Assembly: GCF_964188315.1 (NCBI RefSeq)
Contig: NC_135673.1
Location: 27,838,001-27,902,000, forward strand
From: Podarcis muralis
Taxonomy: Eukaryota
Reading direction: 5' to 3'
DNA length: 64,000 nt
This document shows positions 1-11,066 of this stretch, piece after piece (position 1 is the stretch's first letter; each line of letters begins with the position of its first letter). A program made the translations under genes and the position numbers. The notes beneath the pieces were generated by a model. The model made no database searches, was not told the DNA's origin, and worked only from the letters and a program-made list of their open reading frames with translations.

Positions 1-3000
1 TCCCTTTGGCCTGACCCAGTGGGATTCCTATGTCCTTAAGTATGACTAAGTCTGGATCCAACCCATAATATTTAGATGCTGTACACCCATTTCAGAGCAA
101 AGGTTACCTTAGAAGAAGCAGTTTTCCCATCTTGTATGGCAAGGCACCTAAAAACTTCTGTTTTCGTAAATACTTGTAATTTTAAATAATACATTTTTTA
201 AAACAACAACAACATGATCCATTGCTATCCAATCAACCAGTAACGCTTTAACCAATCAGAAGATTTTCAGTCAATAAATCTGACTGGTTTAATCATCCAA
301 AACTGCAATCATAAACACACTTACTGAGATGTTACCCTAATTGATTGCAGTGGGACTCCCCCCCCCCCCCATAAACATACACAGGATTGCACTAAGCAGT
401 TGCAATCCAGTGTACCCTTCCTTGGGGAAATGCTTCATTGAACAGAGTGGAACTTATTTCTGAGTACACCTGCATAAGGATTGTACTTTACACACCATAT
501 CTTATGCTTGGCAAAATAACCATCAGCCCTGAGTGTTTATCCTCCACGTAACTGTTAAGTGGAGCTGGAAATGAATTGCAGAGCTCAAACATTCTATGGA
601 TTCTACTGTAGGACCTTTAAAATGGTGGTGCCTCATTGCCTCATTGTCAGGATAGGGTTAGGGAATGCCAAAGATGGTGTAGGGATAGGCAAATCTGTCA
701 ATTTCATTGTCCCCCAGTTACTCATTCTTTCCAGTCCAAAGTTCAATTTTCCACATTTCCACATCAGCTTGCAATATTTTTCCATTAAGTCCTCATCAGA
801 ATCCTATTGCTGATTTCTCCTAATACACACGTTTGTAAGCAATTTTGCCCAATAAACACATATCTACAAAGCTATCCCCCTTAAAACAATGCAATTGTGT
901 AGGTTATTTTCACTAAAATGTGTGGTTTTTATGCAAGCGTTAGTAAATGCTAGTTACTTGGCTAGAGGTGCATCACAGAATTCAGACAAGTGTGGATTTC
1001 AAGCGATGGCTGTTTCAGTTATATTGTTTTGGAAAGTGCAACTTAGATAGGATCACCCTTAAATGTGAACTGAATTGAATTTCTCCCTCATCCCTAGTTG
1101 TTTGGCACTTAACTTTTGCACCAGGAGTCCCTAGATACTGCTGCAGTGTGGATAGTCACTTCAAGGCTGGATCATAGGTGAGCCATGCGCTGAGAACCAG
1201 TAGCCATGGGACAAGCCAAAGAGAACCAAAGAGCAAGTTTGAAATGGAAACCAGGAGACAGGGCCAAAAAATAACCATAAAAATAATACAACCACATCAA
1301 AGTTCAGGAAGACTTTGTCGTTCAGACAAGACACAACTGAGGCAGGAAGCACTCTTATACTCCTACCCGTCCATGGAGAATCCAGTGACCAGTAGGTAGA
1401 GTCTGTCCAGGGCATGAATGTGCTTCACTGAGAAGCTGCCTAAACTACAAACAAAAGGCAGTTGCCTTTCATTTGTAACACCACGCAAGGGAGCTCCACA
1501 CAGATCGGTCAGCTCCTAACAAATCATGACTTGGTGCTTGATCCATGACTGGTCTTAGGCCTTTGAGCCTTAAGCCCAGCACCACAGCAAATATTCCATC
1601 ATCACAGCAAATAGCATAGGCTACAAGGCCATCGTTGCATTTAATTTGGAGGAAAGCCCTGTGGATATATCCACAGAGTTTACTTCCTGGGAAATGTATG
1701 TGGGTAGAGGTGCAATTGACAGTTAAGTGCTGAGGCGGCTGCATTTGCTGATGTACCTGAGTACACCACAAAAGTGATCTTTATGTTGGGATACTGCAGG
1801 AATGGCACACTTGGAGAAAAGGTCAGTGCATATGTTTGCAAGGGTCTTCCCCATCTTGATGCTCTCGTAATGTTTTGAGCTGCAACTCTCACAATCTGTG
1901 ACTGCTGGCTACTACGTTGGCTGAGTTTGGAAGGAGTTGCAAAACATCTGAAGGCCATCACATTGGGAAAATCTGGTTTAGAACATACATGATCACATTT
2001 ATCCAAAACATGGGGAACTTTTGGCACACCATATGTTGCAGTGCAACTCTCAATATCCCTGGCCATGTGTGCTGGGGCTCTCCAGAGTTGTAGTTCAACA
2101 ATATCTGGAAGGCCAAAGGTTTCCTACCAAAGGATTTGGCCAAAGGATTTATCCCGAAAGCTGAGAGCAATATATATATTTAAACAAATACATAGCTTTT
2201 ACTTTTTTAGTCTGATAACCATCCTGTGATATGGCTTACATTGGGGGATTGTTATTGGCCCACACTTGCCTAATAAGATAATTATTGGCCCAAGGTCTTC
2301 CAATGAATGTTGCTCTTCCTGTCCAACGTCAGCACCAAATCTACCACACTGAGCTGAATAGGCTGCCAGTTTTTAATTCAATTAGTTGCATAGCAATTAG
2401 ATGAAAGATCATCTTCCCAGTTCGTCTCAATAAAGGTCAATAACGGCAATATAACCTTGTAATAATGGAATATCACAAGGGACCATAGCAGCTGAGCTAT
2501 GCAAGGGGAAAATGTGCTCTGCAAACTAGAGCAACATCCTACAACTAGTGCCCACTAATTGTATTTATGAATCTTCTCTTCACACAAAAAAGTCCTCAAG
2601 TTAATGTAGAATAAAAATACACAAATATTAATGTGCTTCTGAGATTCATAAAGTTTGGTCAAGAAAATGCCTTTTGTGCTTATAACGGGCTAAATGACAG
2701 CTAATATATATCCTGCCATGTACTCATTTCCAGCAGGTTATCTGAGAGACTAAGGAAAAAATCATTCTCCTCTCCTGAAAATTGCCTACCCCCAATGCAT
2801 ACCATGAATTTGGGGGAAATCATTTTGCTGATTTATCAATGGGGAGCATTATGTATAATTATTGGAGGGGCATTAATCAGTGGTGTTTCCTTTGTTACCT
2901 CTTCTGTTTCCACTGGTGGTTGCTGTGGAACTCCTGCTAGTGCTCCCCCCACCCCAAGTCTCCTTGGGAAATTGCTACACCCTGGCCTAGCATTATTTGG

Positions 3001-3154
3001 AGTGGGCATTTGTAGTGGAGGGTGGCAGGGGCAAAGAGGAGCTCCGTTACAACTTGTAGTGATGGCAAATAAAATAAAAAGGGAATGAAGGAAAGGAAAA
3101 TGCAAAATTGGCAACATAGGAAAAGTCTGCTAGATCTGGCCAATGACCTACCTA

Positions 3155-3590
3155 GTCACAGAATCAAAGAATTGCAGAATTGGAAGGGACCCCGAGGGTC
3201 ATCTAGCCCAACTCCCTACAATATGAGAACCTCAACTAAAACACCCATGATAGATGATCATCCAACCTCTGTTTAAATACCTTCAGTCCACAATCTCTTG
3301 CGAGAGTCAGTTCCACTGTCGATCAGCTCCTGCTTTCAGAAAGTTCTTCCTGATATTTAGTTGGAATCTGCTTTCTTGTAACTTGAAGTCATTGGTTTAG
3401 GTCCTACTGTCAGGAGCAAGCCAGCAGTAAGTGAAGTTAATTCTTTAGTAGAGTCCCCTCCTCTGGGGTTTTCCCCAAGCAATCTGAGAGTGTGCCTGTG
3501 TGCCTGCCTTTGCTCCTCCTCCTTCATGCCTCTCCTTGTCCTGGGAGACCAGGGGAAAAAGGAGTTTGTCACAGCAGGAAAGGCAGACAT
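3155..3590 (-). mobile_element. CR1 LINE 3' fragment
   Basis: Reverse-strand CR1 tail (agaatcaaagaattgcagaattggaagggacc) followed by ORF2 3' sequence; boundaries approximate. Confidence 0.7.
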
Positions 3591-3877
3591 CCATGGTTCT
3601 TCGCAAGCCTGTCTCATTCCGCCTCTCATCTTCAATAGTCTAGTGTCCTGTTCTCAGACTTGCCAACCAGATGCCTGTGGGAATCTTGCAAGCTGGACAT
3701 GGGCAGAACTCCTCCCCTTGTGGGGTTTCCAGCAACTGGTATTCAGAAGCATTACTACCTCTAACTATGGAGGCCAAGCAGAACCATCATGGCTAGTAGC
3801 AACTGATAGCTCTCTCCACCATGATAACAGGTATGCCTCCCCCCTCCCAGCCAAAAAATCTGAATAATTTCCTAATA

Positions 3878-4097
3878 CAGTGGTACCTTGGGTTACAGAC
3901 GCTTCAGGTTACAGACTCCGCTAATCCAGAAATAGTACCTCAGGTTAAGAACTTTGCTTCAGGATGAAAACAGAAATTGCGCAGCGACGGCGCAGCGGCA
4001 GCAGGAGGCCCCATTAGCTAAAGTGGTACCTCAGGTTAAGAACAGTTTCATGTTAAGAATGGACCTCCAGAACGAATTAAGTTCTTAACCCGAGGTA
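3878..4097. mobile_element. Tc1/mariner (Tigger-like) MITE with right TIR cut by a SINE
   Basis: TA|CAGTGGTACCTTGGGTTA left end; right end gttcttaacccgaggta joins a Sauria SINE before the expected ccactg. Confidence 0.75.
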
Positions 4098-4403
4098 AAG
4101 GTAAAGGGACCCCTGACCATTAGGTCCAGTTGTGACCGACTCTGGGGTTGCGACACTCTCGCTTTATTGGCCAGGGAGCTGGTGTCATGTGGCCAGCATG
4201 ACTAAGCTGCTTCTGACGAACCAGAGCAGTGCACAGAAACGCCATTTACCTTCACGCCGGAGAAGTACCTATTTATCTACTTGCACTTTGACGTGCTTTC
4301 GAACTGCTAGTTGGCAGGAGCAGAGACCAAGCAACGGGAGCTCACCCCGTCACGGGGATTCGAACTCCTGGCCTTCTGATTGGCAAGTCCTAAGCTCTGT
4401 GGT
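4094..4403 (+). mobile_element. Sauria SINE
   Basis: aaggtaaagggacccctgaccattaggtccag head and gtcatgtggccagcatgac core. Confidence 0.85.
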
Positions 4404-4595
4404 ACCGCTCCGGCGGGAAGGTAAACGGCGTTTCCGTGCGCTGCTCTGGTTCGCCAGAAGTGGCTTTGTCATGCTGGCCACATGACCCAGAACTCCAGCT
4501 CCCTCGGCCTATAGAGCGAGATGAGCGCCGCAACCCCAGAGTTGGTCACGACTGGACCTAATGGTCAGGGGTCCCTTTACCTTTAACTTTTTACC
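4401..4595 (-). mobile_element. Sauria SINE, 5' half, inverted against the previous copy
   Basis: Reverse complement of the same head and core; junction at GGTACC (4401-4406). Confidence 0.85.
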
Positions 4596-5466
4596 TCGGT
4601 TTAAGGCAGCAATTTGCTTTTGAATACCAGTTGCTCGGATTTTCAAGGAATTTTCAAGGGAAGAGAGTACTGTTGTGCTCAGGTCCTGCTTCTGGCCTTC
4701 CCAGTGTCATCTAGTTGGCCGCTGTAAGATTACAGTAGTGGACTAGGTAGTCTTTGGCCTGATGCGACAGGCCTCATCTTATGCAGGGCTGGCTCCCAGG
4801 TTTGAGGAGATCTGGGCAAAGTATCCTCTCATGCAATAACAAGCAGACTTAGTTTACAAGAATCCAGCCTTTCCGTGATATTTCCCAATTATAATTCCTA
4901 GTTTAAGGGAAATGTAATATGGTTTGCCAGGAGAACTCATTTGGACAACTTGGCCCAGGCTGTTCATCTGCAAACTCTTCTTACCGGTTCCATCTCCTCC
5001 ACTCACCTGGAAGATAAGTCACGTTGGCTTGATAAATACATACTGCACTGATTTATGTTTTATTTTTAATTCATGGATCCACTGTAGGGAGTCTCTTGTG
5101 TTTCAGCCAAGCTTCATATTTTGTTCGCTGCCAAACTTTGCAGAACACAAGTTGACAAGCTGTGCTTACACAGAAGGTAGATAAGAATAAATTCAATTTA
5201 ATCATTGGCTTTGTAGCAGATGGTGGGTTAATCCAGTTTACAAAATGTAATCTGCAAAAATAAAAAAATAAAAATGCACTACTACTACTACGGAGAGAAC
5301 CATAACCCATGTGCAGTTTTGCAGGTCTCTTTCCCAAATATATGACACCATTTGAAAGATAAATAATATGTTATCTACACATGCCAAGGTTTTCTTTTCA
5401 TTAAACAATAAAAAAGCAGCATAATGCAGTTACATACTTCAGTTGCTGAGCTCTCGTACCTTGTAG

Positions 5467-5645
5467 AGAAAGGGCCATAGCTCAGTGGTAGAGCATCTGC
5501 TTTGCATGCAGAAGGCTCCAGGTTCAATCCTGGTGGGGCTGGGAGAGAATCCTGCCTGAAATCCTGGAGAACCCCTGCCAAGCGATGCTGAGCTAGTTAA
5601 ATCAGTGGTCTGACTCAGTTTAAGGCAGCTTCTTATGTTTCTATG
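5467..5645 (+). mobile_element. tRNA-derived SINE (Squam3-like)
   Basis: A box (tagctcagtggtagagc) and B box (ggttcaatcc), then a non-tRNA body ending gactcagtttaaggcagcttcttatg; related copies near 12535, 17630 (-), 21800, 54352 and 54565. Confidence 0.7.
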
Positions 5646-8600
5646 TGTCTGGCTACCTTAATCACCACATTAAGAGTAACAGCACAGCAACCCACTCAGA
5701 TCTTAAGATGACAGGTAAAATTTAGGGGTTGGGTCCCCAGGTGCTCATGAACTACTGTTTCCATCATCCCTCCCCATTGGTCCTGCTAGCTAGGGGTGAT
5801 GGTAGTTGTAGTCCAAAAACAGCTGGAGACCCAAGTTTGCTTTAAAGGGAAAGTAGGCTGGCCCTGTGACACCCTCTGCTGGACAAAAGCACTGCCCCAG
5901 AATCTGAACCACCCCCAGTACTGCTAATTGAAATTTATAGAGCGCAAAACTGAAGTTTGATTGGCACGTCAACCTCTAGGGAGCTTTTAGGTGCTTTGTG
6001 CACCACCTAGAGTACCCACAGAATTGTGGCTTCTACTGGCAACACACATAGGAGAACAAATGAAAGACAAACACAATGGGCAGGCAAAAACCTGGAAAGG
6101 GCCATACCAAATGTACATGTGTGAAGAGGTCACTTTCCCCACTGCTGAACAATGCCACAGGTAGAGGAGATGAAATGCTAGAAGTGTTCTCCGGGCAAGG
6201 GGAGCTGCTGGGAAATTGAACTATGGGCTTAAAGTATTACTTTTTTTAAAAAATCGCTTCCATTATAGGCAAATTTAGGGGTTACTAATAAAGGCATTAC
6301 CTATGCAACACTTCAATTATATGAGTAGTGGAGGCATTATGGAAGATGGAGACACCCCAAGCAGATTCTACAGCTTCATCCACAGGGTTGCATTGGCCTC
6401 TGTCATCTCCTATGAAGCTGAGAGCTCCTCTGTTAAGGGAAGAATGACTTTGCCTACTTCCTTTTCCCATTCTCATTTACGTAAAGGCCTGGTCCTTATG
6501 ATGTGAAAAAACTATGTGTAGGCAATACACTCATACTTCAGGGAAGGGAAGGGTGAGTTTATTGAAGAAAATAGATATGGATGGAAACAGAGCTTTTCCA
6601 GCTAACCTGTTTCTTGAGCATTCATCCTGCTTTGCTTGCACAAAGCTTACACAGAGGTCAGATAATGTCTACTTTTTAGAGAGCATTCATCCTTATTTGT
6701 TTCCAGGGTGTTTATATGTTTTCCTATTAACAATCCATTCATCTTGCAGTTTTTAGTGCATTTCCCTATCACATTCCTAGCCACAAAAGTATGTTTGTTT
6801 GGTTTTTTTAAAGGTATATTTGTTGTACTAGAGGGGCAGAGAAATTTAATCTACTTTAATTGTACAAACCTAGATGTCTGGCATGTGTTTGAATCTCCCA
6901 CAAACTAGTGACACCTACAGATAGATTTATAATTACAAGAAGCGGCCATTTTAGGCGCGTAAAAATGACACACAATCGCTGACACACAGGTCCTTCTTGA
7001 CCTGGAAGAGGGAATAACGGGGGCAGAACAGAGAATAGGACTCATCACATCTCACTTATGCGTGCTCTACCAATGCACAAATAAAATGATTATCACCAGT
7101 ACGGATTGGTTCGGGTGCAAAACCAAACATTGCAATTCACCATCCAAATTTCATCCATGCCTTGGGGGGTGAGTTTGGAAAAATAATCCATAAAAATGAA
7201 GCAGTGTCTGATAATGTATTCATTCATTCATTTAAAATATTTACTATCTTACCCTTTGGTTTAAACCGCTTCCACGTTGCCCATTCCACTTCAATACATT
7301 TCATTGATGGAGGCAGGGACTTAACTTCAAAGGAATTGCTAAGAAGAATGAGAGATTATTAGTTAGAAGGAAAGGGCCCTGTCGTGGGGGCATAGAATTA
7401 CACAAAATGGCTGTCGTGTGAGCCTGGCAAAATAAAACAGCTGCAACATCTAAAAGAGTACCTACATCAGCCACTAACATCCTCACTTATAGAGAGAAGC
7501 TGTTTGTACCACTCATCTATTCTGAACCAAATCGAGGGATGGAACTCAGTTCTGCCATCCATGAAATATGATGAGGTTTAAGGGGGCATGTTCAATGTAG
7601 GAGAGGCTAAAGCAGTTCAAACAGGAAATGAGCAGGAATATTGTGGGTTATTGAGAGGATATTTGCTGAGACCTTTGTAGGTGCAACAGGAAGTACCATG
7701 TCCTTGGTGTGAGCAGTGTTTTATCTAGATGGGCCAGTGATCTGATACTTTGTAGTGAGGGTGGTGGGTGGGGGTCTTCCAGATGTTACTGAACTATGTC
7801 TCCCATCATCCTCAGCTGACATGGCCAATAGCTAGGGCTGATGGGAGCTGTATTCCAGCAACATCTGGAGGGCCAAAGCTTTCGCCCTCCTGCTTTATAA
7901 GGCATCTTCCTATCTTCCAGTAGCTAAGCCTGTGCCAGAAGCTAGCATTGTATCAGTGCCTTCCTCTGCAGTCTCAGATAATGGCTTTTAATAAAGCAAT
8001 AAAGTTTGGGTAGCATCTTTGCCATAAATTTACCTATGGATTGACTTTTAGTTTCTGAGACAATTTAGTTTATTTTCCACTTGGCACTGAGAATGTTGCT
8101 AGTATTAGCTTAGGAAGCCATATGCACTGTGAGGTCATCCATTGCTCTCAAGAATGGGGTGCCTTTAAAACAACGTTCTTCCTCATTAGGGTGTGCTGAA
8201 TTTTTCAGCTTCCAAAATCCAAAAAATGAGGGGAATTTAAAAGATACTTTGGTTAAATTAGTATAATTTAGTTCTGCTTGGTAAGTAAAATGTGCATTTT
8301 ACTTAAATTTTGCAAAGAAATAATTAAAATGTTTGCCAAGTATTTGTAGCTGTTGTTATTACTATTATTATTAAGCATTACCTGACATTTTCAGAAGCTG
8401 AAATTAAAATTATTTGGTTTTCTGAGAACAGTTTATGTGCTTCTTCATCAGACGTAGACTTGCCATGTTAAATGTTGCCCAATCACAAAAATAACAGCAG
8501 ATTTTAATTTCTCATGTCGAAAAACCTCAGGCAAGTAGGTTGTGTCATTTTAGTTTCACTCCCTAAAATGACACAACCTACTGCCTGAGGTGGTTGCCTC

Positions 8601-9229
8601 ACTCTGGCTAATAGGAGGGCCACCTCTGAAGAAGAGGGAGCCCTCGGCCGCACAGAGGTTTAAATTGGGTAAGCCACGCCCCCGGTTGACCGGATTTGTT
8701 GGCCGCGGGGCCTGACATGGGCGTGACATGGCCAGGACTCCCAGTGACGCAGGTGGCATCACCATGCCTCACCCCCCACTGCACACAGGGAGAGAACATG
8801 ACCTGCCTGCAACCCCGCCCCCCTGGGAAGGGGAGTGGCCTACTATTTTAGATGTGGAACGTGCAACAAAAAGGTGTCATGGAAGTTCCTATTCAGTGTT
8901 CTAAACATCTGCAGCCCTATTCCAGGATTCTCCATTCCATTCCCTCTCAGCTTATTGCAGTAAACAAACCTATCAGTCTGTCTGTACTGTAAAATGAAAT
9001 AGTTTGCAGAAGAAGTCATCTCCTGGGTTAGCTTGCCATGGCAACATTCATTCTTTTGTTGTTTTTCATTTGCTGACTTCAACCAGCTAGTCATATTTCT
9101 TCTTCAAGGACAAATCAGAGAAGCATAGACTGTGATTCTGTGTCAGTAATGGAACTAAATAAATTCATCATAATGAACAATTTTGCATCTGGCTGGACTT
9201 GAGGATCATTCTGGATGATCGACTTTTTT

Positions 9230-9366
9230 CTTTAAAAACGTTTAGGGGTACTCTCATTTTCCTACTCATATTAAAATACTGCCCCTCAATGAGGCCAAAC
9301 TTAGATTCACAAAATGTTTAAGGGTATGCGTACCCCCGCATACCCCCCAGGAAAAAAACACACTGC
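9230..9366. mobile_element. Short MITE of the cagtgctttttttc...gaaaaaagcactg family
   Basis: Right end gaaaaaaacacactg; related ends at about 18060-18205, 46258-46410 and 51195-51320; superfamily not assigned. Confidence 0.5.
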
Positions 9367-9680
9367 CAGAATTGCAATTCTTGAAGCCAGGAGATTTCAG
9401 TGACTGCTTTCTCTCAGAGCCTCTTGGACTCAAGAACTGTTAATTTTGGTGAGATTTCTTGTGGGAATTACACAAACACACTCCTCTCCATCTCACATTT
9501 TCCAGACATATTGACATGGAGAAGCAGCAGCATTCAGCTTGGAACTAGGCAGCCTTTGGATAAATGGGTTTGTTGTGTGCCAGTATACCCAGAATCATCT
9601 GAAATTAATAGCCTTAGGAAAACAGCTTTCAGGGTTTTGTATTCTGCAAAAAGAAGCCAAAATAATACCTTTACCCAAGG

Positions 9681-9785
9681 TGTATATGAAGAAGTGTGCA
9701 TGCACACGAAAGCTCATACCAATAACAAGCTTAGTTGGTCTCTAAGGTGCTACTGGAAGGAATTTTTGTTTGTTTGTTTGTTTCG
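9681..9785 (+). mobile_element. Penelope-like retroelement terminal fragment carrying a minimal hammerhead motif
   Basis: gaagaagtgtgcatgcacacgaaagctcatacc...ttggtctctaaggtgctactgg resembles sauropsid Penelope pLTR ends; flanked by a 14-bp direct repeat acctttacccaagg (9667-9680, 9786-9799). Confidence 0.7.
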
Positions 9786-10913
9786 ACCTTTACCCAAGGA
9801 TAAGGGATAAATTCCATCAGTTTGCATTTAAAGGTAAACCCACCTATTTCACATTCTGAAAGTGTAAGAGACCTGAAACACAGCCATCCTTTGAAATTCA
9901 AACATTTCTGAGTTGTGCAATTTTCCAACCAAGTAGTGTGTACCAAAATGTTATTTTATTTGTGAAAATAATATACAAATAACCTACATTGTTTTAGGGA
10001 TAAATTGATTTGCAAAAATGTGTATTGGGCAAAATTTAATACAAACATGTGCATATTAGGAGAAATTTGCACTGAAATAGCGATGAATTCTCATGAGGAC
10101 TTATTTATTGTTTTAATAAATGCCAAACTGACATGGAAATGGAGAACTGCAGGCTGGAAAACTTAATGGTCAGGGGTCCCTTTACCTTTACCTATCTGCA
10201 TGCATTTTTTAAAAGGGGGTTACATTTCCCGCTCTAATTCTGAACATTTTAATCAGTTTAACGCAGGATGAAAGCGCAGATTCTGCTTCTTCTGTTTAAA
10301 CCAGGGCTGGGATTTGAAGCTCAGAAGCTTTAGAAAAGAGAGCACTGCTTAATCCTTTTCTTGGCTCTTAACAGCCCCGATTCCAAACCTATGTTTTAGA
10401 TGTTGGCAGGAGAGTTCCTTGTACAAGGGAGTGGTAGTGAGGAGAGAAGCAGTAGGTGAAGGGAGGGTTAAGCATCCTTCCTCCACTCCCTCCCCAAACC
10501 ATTTTACTGCATACTGTGCCCTTCTAGCTTCAATTTGCATAGGCGAAACAGCCACCAGGTTTGAAAAGGTTGCAGTAGAGTGTGTAATTTCACCCACACA
10601 TTCAGCGTTACAACTTTCCATGCAATATATATAACTTACAAAGCCTTTGTCCCTTGAATTGCAAGCATTTTTGTTAATTGCCGAGGAAATTCATCATCTA
10701 GTATTGGCTGATCTCCAAAAGAAAAGTGCGGAAACTAATTAAACATTTAGTTTAAGGTGAAATTAGCATACTTAGAATTCCAATTTATTCCAAACACAAT
10801 AATTGACTTTTGCAGAAGCTTCCCCACTACCTTTTTTCTTCATGTAATAAAGGTGGGCATAAATTAATTGTGCGTCTTTTTTCTTCTTCTCCTCTCACCC
10901 TCTCCTTTAACAG

Positions 10914-11066
10914 CAGTACATTTATTTGGCCTAACTTGGCAGCTACAGCCTGTTGGAGGGCACCTTTATGAAAATGGAGTCAGTAAAGGAAGCAAAGGCA
11001 CAGAGTTCCTGGACACAACCTACTCACCCATCGGAGGGAAAGGTTCTGATAAAACAGAAAGAAAAG
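10914..11066 (+). CDS. TENM1: Teneurin-1 exon, juxtamembrane extracellular linker ((A)VHLFGLTWQLQPVGGHLYENGVSKGSKGTEFLDTTYSPIGGKGSDKTERK)
   Basis: Pyrimidine tract plus cag acceptor (10911-13); donor AAG|gtacat; 153 nt, phase 1-1; peptide matches the TENM1 segment after the TM helix (AVHLFGLTWQLQP) as I recall it. Confidence 0.93.

Noticed and set aside
5467-5540. tRNA-like sequence (also about 17630-17715, 21800-21870, 54565-54640)
   Set aside because: A and B boxes run into a non-tRNA SINE body with no acceptor stem closure or terminator; these are SINE heads
8419-8460. Minus-strand CUGAUGA...GAAA hammerhead-like motif
   Set aside because: Stem II does not close directly onto GAAA, and stems I and III cannot be formed
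8630-8830. GC/CpG-rich patch as an internal promoter
   Set aside because: Only about 200 bp, abuts a MITE, and no downstream exon is evident; more likely TE-derived
1-10913. TENM1 transmembrane exon
   Set aside because: No CNWKCTALSA-like or hydrophobic TM-coding exon found; it must lie upstream of the window
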